DNA of 64,000 nt from Octopus sinensis. Its lineage: Eukaryota. The first letter of the stretch is position 1; each line of letters opens with the position of its first letter. The notes below the pieces were generated by a model, which had not been told where the DNA came from, made no database searches, and worked only from the letters and a program-made list of their open reading frames with translations. The stretch lies in the NCBI RefSeq assembly GCF_006345805.1, contig NC_043006.1, positions 30,628,001-30,692,000 of the forward strand, written 5' to 3'. The translations under genes and the position numbers were made by a program. Below are positions 51,462 through 64,000 of this stretch, piece after piece.

Positions 51462-52545
51462 CCCTTTCGTTACCAAACCGCCCAAAGCTGCCCGGAAAAA
51501 TTTTGGTTAATGTAACCAAACCGCCCAAACCCGCCCGTATTTACCTATTCATATTTAAATGAGACTATCAGAGCAAATCTCTTTAGTACATTCGTGAAAA
51601 CAAGTGATTATACTTCGTAAACAGTTCATCTACAGTTTTGTATAACGATTGAAGTGTAATTTTAATTCCGTGAATTTTGGGAGATTTTTTTCCGAAATTT
51701 GTTCCTATTGTATTTTCAAAATTTGTAATTCTGACAAAAAATGGATACGAATTTCATTATATCAAGCAGCAAGTCAGAATTCGAAGGATTTTCTACTGAA
51801 GACCGTGACAAATCTAACTCTATGACTGAAAAAAAAGCACGTGGTATTTGATAATGAATCTGATGTTTCATTTTCCAAAAGTGAAAACAGTGAATCCGAG
51901 AGCTCCGACAGCAATAAAGAAAATGAATTGGCACCTGAATGGAGTGAAAATTTAAAAACTGTTTCTTTCGGTGATTTTTCTGAAGAAACTGGACCAAGCC
52001 ACAGACTTTCCCAGAAGAGTAAAGCCTTAGACTATTTCTTTTTACTTTTTCGAATGACCCTATTTGAAATCATTACGGCGGAAACGAACCGTTACGCTAA
52101 ATGTAAACAAAGCGAAAGAAAGGATAGTTAGTGGTTTCCCACAACCTTAAATGAAATTAAGACTATTTTGCCATAAATATTATTATGGGTATCAGAAAGT
52201 TACCCAGAATAACAAATTCTATCGTAAAATTTTGTTGTATACCCAATTGAATATTAGCTAATAACCCATTTTCTATAGCGATGTTTGAACAAAATTTTAA
52301 TAATTTTATATTTTGTTGAATTTACCTGTATCTACCTGCAATTAGAGTCACTTTGTGACAAAAATTATAGTATAGAATTGGTTGAGAACATTTCATTAAA
52401 TTATCTTCCAAAAATCACATTAATATATCGATAAATAAAAAAGCTATAGTTGTTTAATGAAACCAGACTAAATTTATGATTATGTTAGAAATTAATTGAA
52501 ACACATAAGGGGTGTATTTTGGTCAGAAATATAGTAACGAAAGGG
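51462..52545 (+). mobile_element. Internally deleted piggyBac element
   Basis: TTAA at 51458-51461 and 52546-52549; 12-bp perfect TIR CCCTTTCGTTAC; acidic N-terminus plus LDYFFLLF...II-x-AETNRYA...EIK remnant of a piggyBac transposase. Confidence 0.92.
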
Positions 52546-53099
52546 TTAACATTTGTTTTTCATGCCTGCATGGGTTGGATGGTTTAACAGGAGCTGGCAA
52601 GTTGGAGAGCTGCACCAGGCTCCAATTGTCTGTTTTGGCATACTTTCTATGGCTGGATGCCGTTACCAATGTCAATCCCTTTACAGAGTGTGCTGGGTGC
52701 TTTTTGTATGGCACCAACAAATACGCAGAAGAATGAAAGAGAGTGAAGAAAAAGAAACAATTGAGTAATGGATATTGACACTGATGATATATTTTCAATG
52801 AAATCTTTCATTCCTCCTACAGATATCTTTGAAACAAACTTAAGCTGAAGAGCAACAGTCCATAATAAAATTGCAAACAAATTTTCATTTTTTTCTTTTC
52901 ATTTAAGAAGCTTCAGAAGCACAACTGTGTGGAGCAGCAAAATCTTTTAAAGAGTCTCCAAATGATGTTTAAATTAGTTTTGGAACCGAGATTCTTCTCC
53001 ACAATGGTTCATTTACTTTTACCAAATATGGAAACAATTCTCTGATTTTCTTCTGTCTCACAGTAACAAGCTATTCAAGTGAAAGATTATTTTTTCAGA

Positions 53100-54070
53100 G
53101 CTTTTTTCACAAGGAACATGGTTGACAGCTGCATCTGTCCTGCACATGACAACAACAGCAGATGGATCTTCTGATCAGTGGAACTTATTACTTTCATATG
53201 GGGGGGGGGAGCAGATGTTGTCTTGGACAGATTAATTGGAATTGCACACTGTTGATAAGCAGCAACTTTTCTTTGAGTACCTTGACCAAAATTTTTAACT
53301 TTTAGCCTAAAACTATCCCTGATGTTCACTCTGTGTACATCCCTCCACAACATCCACATAACTGCTTCTTCCATACAAGAAAGGATGCTGCAAGTCTTGT
53401 CAGACATCTGCTAAGACAGTTGTGAACAAATATACCATCTAAATATAAAGCTTTAGGGAAGACCATTCAAATCTGGCAATTTTCCTCTCACACAATCATC
53501 ACTGTTTCCCCATATCTCAGCAGATGTCAGCAACTAACAGACCCTTACAATCTTCCATCAGCATTATCAAGTGCAGTGTTGGTAGGAATGTTTCTATATG
53601 CAGGAAGAAACCTGATTCTCTGGTCTTTATGAACTGCTGCCTTTATTTCAACTCAGGTGCAAGAAGAATGCTGACAAAATCTGGCTCCAGTTAGATCCTC
53701 TTTGCTTAAAGAGCCAGACCTTTGTAAAACAAACACCGCTGTTCCACTCAATTGGCCAAATAATAAATCTTGTGGTCAGTTAGAAGAAATGCAAGTCTGT
53801 ACACTGATCACATCTAATACAAGTGTCCTGAGGTTGTTAAGCAAGTGACCTTACTTCCAGGCCAACCCCAGGCCACAAGAAAGTAACCAGGAAATCAGGT
53901 TTAAGTGGGTCTTGAAAGGCTTTTGGCAATATTATTGTTGTTAGTCTAAATGATTCCACAATTTCTTGGAACCTTTGTTGAAATCTGTAAAGTTCCAGTC
54001 TGTTCCTCTCCAGAACTCAATCAACATTGGTTATTCTTTTATCAACTTCAACAGCTAACATATAGAGACA
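53100..54070 (-). mobile_element. Possible decayed Tx1/L1-clade RT fragment
   Basis: Remnant KLPDLNGLP*SFI resembles the K-S-PG-x-DGLP-x-E-x-Y motif that precedes the RT domain. Confidence 0.4.
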
Positions 54071-55823
54071 ATTTGAGGAATAAAATACAACATAAATGGA
54101 CATTCACAATAAATAATGATTGTTTATAACACATGCACAAAGCCTAGAATTTGGAGAAGAAGTTCAGTTGAATATTATAAACCTGGTACTTGACTGGCAG
54201 TTCATTGCAACCCCAAAACATGAAAAACAAAGTTGTCCATGCCAGAATTGAGCTCTGAATGTAAAGGTCTGGAAGAAATGCCACTAAGCATTTTGTTTGA
54301 TACAACAACAATGCTACCTTCTCTTAACAATAATAATAGTTTCAAATTTTAGTAAGGGAACAGCAGTTTTTGAGGAGAGGGAGACGTCTGAAAGGATTTA
54401 CTAAAATCAACTTTGAAAAGCAAAGTTGATATTAGTGGAATTTGAATTCAGAACGTAAAGACAGATGAAATACCACTAAACATTTTGTCCAGCATGCTAA
54501 TGGTTCTGCCAGCTGACCACCATAACAACATCAACAACAATAACAATAATAAAATAAAAATAAAATTTATTTCCAGGTATTACAGTAACATTTACAAAGC
54601 TATATTTGATAATTTGATGTGCATATATTTCTGAAACGTGTAACCATTGGAGTATCTGAGTTATTTATCACAACTGGTCTTTACAATTGCCTAATATCTG
54701 ATATGGGTTTGCACTGCTGACCAAAGAGCTAATGTTTCACAATACCACTTATGGTCCAGTTCTACAGTGTTCATAGCAAGTATTTTTTATTGTCACTGCC
54801 TCAGTATAGCAAGCTGTCGATTGGTACTATGAGGAGGTTCAGTTATTGTTGGAGGAATTGTAGCAAACAGCCAAAGCACCATATAATTTACATTTCTATT
54901 ACATACAAAAACCTTCAACATTAAGGGAAAAGAAAAAAACAAGTGTGGCAGTGAGACTTTTGCCAAGGGAATCCATAATGTGAATGTGTAAAGCTTTGGT
55001 TTCTATTGGAGAGAAGAAACCTATCACTACATCAGCTTGCTGTGAGTTACCCCTGGCTCTGCTCTTGCCAGACACTACTGTGTAATGAACAACTTTATTT
55101 CATAAGGTCGTTAGATGGCGAGTTTGTTTCCTTCTTTGGAAATGAGAAAACACTGCAGTGTTATCTTCTCCAAGAAATCATAAAATCAATGGGGACATCA
55201 GAGTTCAATCTCTGTCAATATTGTGGGACATTCAAAGGTATGAAACTTTACATGATGATGCTTTTAATGATGTGACATCATCAGTTTTGTGACACCATCA
55301 ATGTTACACAATCAATGATGTGACATCATCAGTGATAGTCAAATTTTGGCACGAGGCCAGCAATTTGAGGGCAAAAGGAAAGGGTTGATTGATACTATGG
55401 ACTGCAGTACTTGACTGGTCCTTTATTTTATCGACCTTGAAAGGATGAAAGGCAAAGTTGACCTCACCAGTATTTGAACTCAGAACATAAAACACCAGAG
55501 GAAACACCACTATGTATCTTGTCTAATGTGCTTATGATTCTGCCAAATCTCAATAATGTGGCACCATTTATGCTGTGACACTGTAACTCAATGGTGTGGC
55601 ACCTTACATCATGTGACACCATACATGATATAATAAAACATGGACCTCATATTTTATGCTTTTTATCTACATTATATTCTGACTAGTTTACTCTAAGATC
55701 CTCTTCCAAGACAGAATTTGAGATTCCAGACTAAAGGCGTCTGTGGGTGGAATGAAGTTAAATGAAAGATTTCATTGCTGTTTTAGCCCCAGATATTCAT
55801 AGTATAATACATAGCATACAGTG

Positions 55824-55896
<73 letters not shown>

Positions 55897-55925
55897 CATA
55901 CATTATGTATGTTTCTCTCTCATTT

Positions 55926-56728
55926 TGTGTGTGTGTGTGTGTGTGTTATTGGAGATAATGAATGGAAGAAAGAGCACTCAATCCATGGTGGAGAGCACAG
56001 CTAAATATATTCAGCCAAAGTCATTTGCACCATTACTGTCAATGAATTTGTCATTGATATTGCAGATAATCAAATGTTTAGAGTATACAATATTAAATGT
56101 CCCAGTAAAAGTGTTTGTTAGAAAGAATTTGAATTTAGTGGAGGAAAAAACTTGAGATGCTGGCAGAAGTTTCGATTGGAGAAAGTTGGAACAAGATCAC
56201 AAGGAATTGAATGCAATATGCTGGAGACTGCAAAGACAACACGAAATGCTTGAACATCACAACATTGACATCCCAGTCAAAGAATCTTTATAAATAAGGA
56301 GCTCACAAAACAGCGTACTCACATTTGGTCAAGATTCATCACATTAACAAAATACCAAATACAGAAGAGGCAACGACTCTGTGATATCAACTACTATATG
56401 TGTGTGTGTGTGTGTGTGTGTGTGAAAATGAGTTCAAAGTTTTTTGGGGATCCAGAAAGAGTGAAAAAAATTATTTCTAATAAAGATTCATCATATTCAT
56501 AAAAATCAGCCAGAACAAGTATTAAGAATATGAAAATAATATTTGAGGAGTTTCATTATAAGTATAAATGTATCATAAACAAGTATAAAAAAAATGGAGA
56601 AAAAATGTAGAATCAGAAAGTAATGGTGCAAATGACTTTGGCTGAATGAATTTAACTGTACTCCCCACCATGGATTGAGTGCTCTTTCTACCATTCATTA
56701 TCACCAATAACATACACACACACACACA
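55926..56728. repeat. Inverted pair of about 110-bp repeats (55926-56037 and 56619-56728) just 3' of BBS5
   Basis: gttattggagataatgaatggaagaaagagcactcaatccatggtgg...tcatttgcaccattact recurs in reverse complement, about 90% identical by eye. Confidence 0.9.
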
Positions 56729-56803
56729 AAGTGAGAGAGAAACATACATTATAACACATGAATATGTGTATCTACAGGGATTTTATAGAAAACTAAAAGA
56801 AAG

Positions 56804-56929
56804 TCATGCTAAAACATTCCACAGACTTTTAAGAGAGACATTTTCTGGTAATTTCTCAATGGCTAAGGATAAATAGTCAGAGAACACTGGCTCATGGTCC
56901 CGGATCTTGCAGCAATCAGCAAAGTAGGC
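56804..56929 (-). CDS. BBS5: BBS5 terminal exon: AYFADCCKIRDHEPVFSDYLSLAIEKLPENVSLKSLWNVLA*
   Basis: Acceptor cttttaatttgaag, 126 nt to TGA. AYFAD...EPVFS...LAIEKL...L-x2-LW is the BBS5 C-terminus. Confidence 0.93.
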   Translation of the reverse strand, partial: AYFADCCKIRDHEPVFSDYLSLAIEKLPENVSLKSLWNVLA

Positions 56930-57979
56930 CTTCAAATTAAAAGAAGCATAAATATTAGTATTAATCAATTACTTTTTGTTGGAAACTTTTTGATGAAATA
57001 ATAATTATTAAAACAATAATTAACTTTCTCATCAATTCAAACAAAATATAATACAACACTGATTCTTCTGTTGCCATCACTGCCACCTCTGGCACCACCA
57101 CCACCACCACCACCGCTGCCGCCACCAACGCCACAACCATCGCCACCATCAAGAGGTGGTGGACTGGTAGAATCAGAGCATTGGACAAAAGGCTGATGGC
57201 TTCTATTTTCAGCTTCTGTGTATATAAAAGTTCATATTCCATCTGAGATTAATTCTGTTTTGGATTCTATCAAGGCCAATAAAATAAAGAACTGTTCAAA
57301 GACCATTCAAAGATATAAAATTCCTATAATGCATCTTTGATGTGAATGGAATTGAGAGAAGACCATCACCATTTTTCATTGTCTTTTCCAATAAACAGAG
57401 CAGGTGGAGTGTCCACAGAGGGACTTCCAGCTTCAATGATTAGCATAATTGAGAATGGTAATCAAATCAATTCTGTGGCAACAGAAATGTAAAGCAGCCT
57501 GGCAGGACAGAAATAAACCCATTCAGTAAGTATGCTAGAGTCACTTGGTGGAGTGGGCCTTGATAGAGTGGTACTTGGTGGAGTGGGCTTTGGCAAATTA
57601 ACCATATGTTAGTGAATTGACAGAAGAGAGATGAGAGCAGTATTTATTTTGTCTGAGTTACTCAGATACTCCCTTGTCACTCTCCCTTTCAGAAATGCAA
57701 TGAACAATTGCTTGTTCTGTTGGAAATACATAAACAATGATGCTATTTTCCATAAAATGTATGATATACAAAAAATGAAAAAAACCCCCCAAAAAACTAA
57801 GGCTGTGCCCCAGCATGGCCACAGTTTAATAAATGAAGCAAGTAAAAGAATAAAAAAAAAACAAAGTCTTCATGATGTAGAAATCTTAAGGAAAATAGAA
57901 ATAAATGAGTAAATTATAAGATTGTGTGATATTTGGTTTTAATTTGAGGTAGGATTGAAATCAAAATGGAAATTGTAGT

Positions 57980-58260
57980 TGTGGCCAATGCCAATGCCGT
58001 CTGACTGACTCCCTGTGCTGGTGGCATGTAAAAAGCACCATTCAAGTGTGGTCATTGCCAGTTCCGCCTGACTGACCCTCATGCCGGTGGCATGTAAAAA
58101 GCACTCACTACACTCTCGGAATGGTTGGTGTTAGGAAGGGCATCCAGCTGTAGAAACTTTGCCAGATCAGATTGGAGCCTACTGGCTCGCCAGTGCCCAG
58201 TCAAACCGTCCAACCCATGCCAGCATGGAAAACGGACATTAAATGATGATGATGATGATG
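57980..58260 (+). mobile_element. (GAT)n-tailed SINE copy about 55 nt from a BBS5 donor site
   Basis: Family core plus two modules, ending in gatgatgatg. Confidence 0.75.
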
Positions 58261-58314
58261 TAGGACTGTACTATAATTGGACATTGAAGGATATTTTTAA
58301 CAAGTGATACTTAC

Positions 58315-58398
58315 TGCAAAAGCATCGCTAGTGCCATCTTCCTCAATTTCAACATCATCCACAACATCTTGGAGAACCTGTGGTGGGTCATTTGAAGT
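58315..58398 (-). CDS. BBS5: BBS5 internal exon: TSNDPPQVLQDVVDDVEIEEDGTSDAFA (alternative start at 58377)
   Basis: Donor gtaagt at 58314; DDVEI...DAF motif; phase 0. The acceptor is either AAG (84-nt exon) or an in-frame CAG 21 nt downstream (63-nt exon). Confidence 0.88.
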
Positions 58399-58975
58399 CT
58401 TCCGAACAGAAGGAAATAATAAAAAAACAAACAAAATGCATGAAAATGTATTTTGAGTGAATATTTAATGGTAAAACTATAATCCTAAATGTGACAGTGA
58501 ATGCCAATTGCCAAAAATGATAGGCCACAATACTATATACACACATGGAAGTTCTTCTACAACAAAGTGACAGCTGTTTTACTTGTAACATTTATTTTAT
58601 TAGTTCATTAAGTACTGAGGCCTAGCAAGAAGGAGGCAGTCACTCCCAGATGTTGAAGAGAAATCGCTCTAAATTTCCTCTGGACTTCCCTACTTTAGTC
58701 TCTCATCACCGAGCATAAAGCTATCTCCCTCAATAATGCGGCCCCTCAATTGAGGGGGTCTTGTCTTGTGAGTTACTTGGTGACCTTACTGGAGCCAGGA
58801 CCACATAAAAAGTACCTGGTTTGTTCTGCATAGTGGATTGCAGTAGGAAGGGCATTCAGCTGTAGAAATGATACCAAAGCAGACAGCAAAGCTTGGCATA
58901 GTTCTTTAGATCATCAGCTCTTGTTGAACTGTCCAACCAAAGCCAGCATGGAAAACAGACATTAAATGATGATGG

Positions 58976-59025
<50 letters not shown>

Positions 59026-60020
59026 GTGGATATGCTAAAAATATTTTTGTGCTCAGGCACTGAGAGCCATTGCTATGCCACTGACTGAAAGCTTGAAAAT
59101 AATTATAAAAGTAATTAAAAAAAGATACAATGTTCACAAAAATATCAAAATATTTACAAAACACTCAACGATTTTCATGTAATTATTGTTATTCCAAAAG
59201 TTCTTTTTGCTCAATATTTGTAGTAAAATTCCAAGTTCCATAAAGATTTCCTAGTTTTTCTATAATCCTTTATCAGCATTTTAAGATTGTTTTGATTTTT
59301 TTTAACTAATCAAGCAAATGTCAACTTGATTCACTAACTGTTCTTGTGACTTGATGACAGCCATAGTAAATGCAGCTGTTATGGAAAATTTTCTTCTGTT
59401 TATCAATAAAAGAAGATCTGTATTTTTTTCTCTGTTGGTAAAGTTGTTCATACTTTTTATTTGGTCATATGACACCTGCCATTCACACTATAGTAATAAC
59501 TCCTCCTGCAACACACTTTCATTTTAATCCACGCACTCTTACTCACTCTTTCCCTTTTTGTCACTTTGGACAGCAAAATTAACACCTCATCTTTCCACTC
59601 ACTTTCATTTTATTCCTCTGCCTGTCATTTACTTAGTCTCTATTTCTGATTTGACAACCTCCAGCTTCCACACTATTTTGTTAATGTCACAGTAAATAAA
59701 AACTTCTCAATCACACAGCCAAACTTGATGTATTTATGTGTGTGTGCACATGCGTGTGTGTGCGTGTGTGTATCTGTCATTAATATATTGGTGAAGAGTG
59801 TAACTTTGGCAAGAAAAAAAGAAAGAAAATAGTGCTTTCCAAAATCCCTTTCGTTGAGTTAAAACTGTGGTCATCAAAAATACAGTGAACAAAAGATTAT
59901 TGTTGCCAGTGAAGTTATTGTTCACCAGTTTTGATATACAATAATAAATGTGGTTGGTAAGTTGAGAAGGATGGAATCATATTAGAAGAATCTGAATAAA
60001 TTAGTGAGACTGTGTCATAC

Positions 60021-60155
60021 CTTCTCTTTCACCTCATACTGCACACCAAACTCAGGATCAGCACGATAGACTTGCAACAGACTTAATATCTCTTTGCATA
60101 CATCTTCCAGTTTCTCTTTGGGGTCAATCCGAAATCCAAGAATGTAGCTGCCACT
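60021..60155 (-). CDS. BBS5: BBS5 internal exon: [45 protein letters not shown]
   Basis: Acceptor cttttacag, donor gtatga, 135 nt, phase 0. Matches the BBS5 motif SG-x-Y-x-LGF-x-IDP-x-EKL...P-x-FGV-x-YE. Confidence 0.95.
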
Positions 60156-60469
60156 CTGTAAAAAGATCAACAAGATAAACCGTTGAGGTTCATAAGGTGA
60201 ATGGTTGGAGTAAAACATTCGAGGTCCATTGGTGACAAATTCAGTTTTTTTATCTTTTATCTTTTACTTGCTTCAGTTATTAGACTGTGGCCATGCTGGG
60301 GCACTGCCTTGAAGAAGTTTTAGTTGAATGAATTGATCCCAGGACGTTTTTTTTTTTTTGTAAGCCTGGTACTTGTTCTATTTGTTGAACTGCTAAGTTG
60401 CAGGGATGTAAACATGCCAACACCAGTTGCCAGGTTGTGGGGGTGGGCGGGGACAAACATAGACAGACA

Positions 60470-60953
60470 CAATAATCCCTTGACTATTGTGGGTATTACA
60501 TTCCAAAACCCCCTGCGATAGGTGAAAATCCGTGAAGTAGAAACAGTACTGTATATTTTTTTTATTATTTTTATAATTTGCATATATCTATTTTATTATA
60601 AATGGAAAACAACACCACACACTCACCTCCCAAGTTTCATTTTCCATCCAGTATCTGCAATTCTTTGTTTACTCATCTACAGTACACTATGTATTTTCTT
60701 TTAATATATTTTAATTAATGTGTTATACAGTGTAGTATTGTGCTATATTTTTATTTATTAATTTATTAATTTTTAGGCATGAAAATGCTTATTTTACCAC
60801 AGAAATAATTAAAATCTAGAAAATATAAATACCTATCAGCCGTAGAAACCCAGATATACTGATGAGTCTGTGATATAAATTTACATCTATTAACCAGAAA
60901 AATCCGTGATGGAGGGCACAATAGATGAACCACGATATGGCTAGTGGTTACTG
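60470..60953. mobile_element. Tigger/pogo-like MITE in a BBS5 intron
   Basis: Imperfect TIR-like ends (caataatcccttgactattgtggg and the reverse complement cagtaaccactagccatatcgtgg), internal aaaatccgtga copies and an AT-rich core. Confidence 0.5.
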
Positions 60954-61655
60954 TATCATCATTATTCAACGTCTGTTGTCCATGCTGGCATGGGTTGGAA
61001 GGTTTGACCAGGGCTGGTAATTACAGTGTAGGCACCATTTATGTTTCTCGAAGAAGGTAATATAATCAATTTTTTTATTGGGTTGGTCTGGATGATGCTT
61101 CGTTGCTCAATATGTTTGCATGTTCTCTGGGACAGGTGAGAGTGGCATGGCTTGTTGTTCCTTTTGAACAATTATGAATTAAACAGGTGATGGAAAAACA
61201 TGTTCATTTGAGAGAGGGAGTACAAGAAGATTGATGTTTTGAGAAGAGACTGAAAGTTTAGTGGCTGGCCTGTGGGGAAGGGGACACAATGTGAGTGATG
61301 ACAAGATGAGAGACAAGTGAAATAGGTGTGTGAGACCAGGAACAGAAGAGGCCAGTGTATTAATAGTAATAAAGCAGGTAAAAAAGATTGTATATCTATA
61401 GATGTGATGTAGGATGTATGTTGGTAACTGACTTCATCAGCTGGGTGGCCTTTATTTTTGAATACAGTCAGACATGTGTGTGTGCATGTGTGTATAACAG
61501 CAGCACTGTGCCAAGTGTTGGAACAGTTCTTCATTATGTGCTTCACCTGAATTTATGAATTTATGATACATCTATGGTTGAAATCCCATCAGCAGATTGT
61601 TGATCTTTTCTCTCTTAAATTGGTATTTTTCATGTCGAATAGCATTTACATTTAA

Positions 61656-61858
61656 CCCTTTTGTATTCAGATTACTCTGTTAAATGTAATACTTTTTCAC
61701 TCAAATTGTTTTGAATTAATCATGCATTATCTTATAGCTTTGGGGTTTCAATAAAGTGATTGTTTATTTTTAGAATGTCAATGTAGGTTAGGTGTGAGTT
61801 TGAATATAAAACATGTAGAATATTTGGGCTGGATATGGCTGGTTTAAACACTAAAGGG
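61656..61858. mobile_element. 203-bp piggyBac-derived MITE
   Basis: TTAA-CCCTTT...AAAGGG-TTAA (TSDs at 61652-61655 and 61859-61862). Confidence 0.75.
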
Positions 61859-62993
61859 TTAAACTCTATGTAGTTAATTCACCATTTTGGTGAAGTAACC
61901 TTTTCCAAGTGGATGAATAAAACTAAAAAGTGTCTATGTCCTTAATGAGTTATCTACCTTTTTGAGTCATCTAGTGACTCAAAAGTCATCTAGTGACACA
62001 AAAAATGCTCAACAGATAATGATGATGTGGGTAGTACAGAATTTAATGGAAGTTTTTAGAGCTTGAGAGAGGGGGGAGAGGGAGGGAGGTGTGAGGGAGG
62101 GAGAGAGAGAGGGGGGTTGGAGATAGAAAAGATAAATCATGGTTTCTTTCATTATCATATCCACAGCTGATGGCATTCCTCTAAGATTAAATGGATCTGA
62201 CCTGTAGAATTCTGAGACAAAGAACTTGTGTTGAAGTTGAGAGACGCATTTGGTCAATTTGATAATGAATATAGGTGTTGATGATGAAGATCGACTATAA
62301 TGCATTAGTCATCAGTCACATCTGAATGATTATACTGCATTAGTTGTAAGTCAACTCTGGGACATTGCTGTTAAATTGGTTCAAAGCAAGAAGAACAGGA
62401 AGGGCAACAGGATTAGGTCAACTTGACACTGACAACCCCCAAAATGTGTGCATGAACAATGCTATTTGTAACAAGACACTCAAGACTTTTTGGATCTTGA
62501 AAACTAAGCTTTTTGGTTTATATCTAATGTGATTGACCTCAATATCACTTGTCTCCTATTTATGAATAACTCTTGTTAGTTATTACTAATAGTGAGGTTT
62601 ATAGACAATGGTAAAGTTAACATAAGGAATATAACATGAACAGATAAACTCCATTAATTATAAGGTGGTCTGTTGGAATTCAAATGGTGAATGTGGAATA
62701 TTGGGGGTTGAAATGTTAGAAATAAAAATGTTAAATTACAAAAAAAAACTAATTAAAACTGTTTAAATTGAGAAAACATCAGGGCTATGAAGGCAGAGAC
62801 CAATGCATGTGAGAGAGATGATTATATTAGAAGACCATGTGATACAAATGAATGATGCATGCTGGGTGAAAAGTGGCAGTGTTGACAATGGAAACCACTG
62901 AAGATAGAAAAAGACAAGAAGATTTAGGACAAAGTCATTAGGTCACACTAAATAATGACTCAATATAGACTCAAGATACAAGGGGGGGAGAAA

Positions 62994-63140
<147 letters not shown>

Positions 63141-63192
63141 ACTATATTGCAGACTTATTCAGCTCCTGAAAATATGATAAAACAAATTTTAC

Positions 63193-63255
63193 CTGAACTG
63201 AACTTTCAATGACTAAGGCTACTCCGAATTTAGAGTCACGCATTTTCACAGACTT
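63193..63255 (-). CDS. BBS5: BBS5 internal exon: KSVKMRDSKFGVALVIESSVQ
   Basis: Acceptor catttccag, donor gtaaaa, 63 nt, phase 0. RDSKFG-x-ALVIESS matches the BBS5 second PH-like domain. Not present in the ORF track. Confidence 0.92.
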
Positions 63256-63329
63256 CTGGAAATGAAAATATTACAAAATCTATGTAAAACATTTTATTTA
63301 ATTAAAAAGAAACAAATATTAAATTCTTA

Positions 63330-63865
63330 CATTCTGTGGAAGAGGTAGATCGAGGAAGACTTGGGATGAGATAGTGAAGTACAACCATCGAATGTTGGGT
63401 CTCATGGAGGCAATGACAAGTGACTGAGACCTTTGGAGACATGCTGTACTTGAGAAGACCTAGCAAGCCAAGTGAGACTGTAACCATGGCCTATGCCAGT
63501 GTCACATTTAAGAATACCCTTCCATCATTGGACAATAAACTGTGCTTGAGAAAACCTGTTGAGTCACATGGAATCATTGTCGTGGCTGATGCTGGTACTA
63601 CCTGACTGGCATCCAAACCAGTAGCATGTAAAAAGCACCATTTGAGTGTGGTCAATGCCAGTGCTGCCTGACTGGTCCTCGTGTTGGTGGCACATAAAAA
63701 GCACCCACTACATTCTTGGAGTGGTTGGCATTAGGAAGGGTGTCCAGTTGTAGAAACCTTGCCAGATCAGATTGGAGCCTGGTGCAGCCTTCTGGCTTGA
63801 CAGTCCTCAGTCAAACCTTCCAACCCATGCCAGCATGGAAAGTGGATGTAAAACGATGATTTTCA
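63330..63865 (+). mobile_element. Long (GAT)n-tailed SINE/RTE-3' copy in a BBS5 intron
   Basis: RTE-like 3' sequence followed by modules and the family core. Confidence 0.7.
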
Positions 63866-64000
63866 TTTGCTGTGATCTACCTTGGGTGCTTTTTTTTAAT
63901 GACTTTACTGTTTGGCTTAGTAACTTAACAAATCAACAGTACAGATCTGTTGATAAAAATTGTACCCACCATCAAGAAAATTGTTGGTAATTTATAAACT

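Noticed and set aside
56961-57242. ORF MEYELLYTQKLK... preceded by an AG as a BBS5 exon
   Set aside because: No BBS5 similarity; it runs into a (GGT)n repeat, and the flanking exons already join in phase.

Overview
AT-rich, microsatellite-dense animal genomic DNA. The SINE repertoire, intron sizes and repeat content suggest an octopod cephalopod (inference). Three host genes were reconstructed by hand from splice sites and reading phase. (1) The last four coding exons of an M-Ras GTPase gene (+, 6358-12958); the first coding exon was not found and probably lies upstream. (2) A complete 4-exon gene for a secreted 355-aa signal peptide-PAN/apple-EGF-fibrinogen C-terminal (FReD) protein (-, 38707-33317). 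(3) Four 3' exons of BBS5 (-, 63255-56804), continuing beyond the window. The rest is transposon debris: a decayed Penelope-like element (RT + GIY-YIG), two mariners, piggyBac derivatives, RTE/Tx1/CR1-like LINE fragments and many SINEs. The most interesting unannotated signal is eight minimal type-I hammerhead ribozyme motifs in short Penelope-type terminal repeats. All eight point towards an adjacent (TA)n or (ATT)n tract, and they carry recurring non-canonical cores (U3-A8 swap in two unrelated copies, U6 in four). Other notable items are several long inverted repeats, including a pair just downstream of the BBS5 stop codon, and a 983-bp tandem duplication. All identifications are by eye; no database searches were run.
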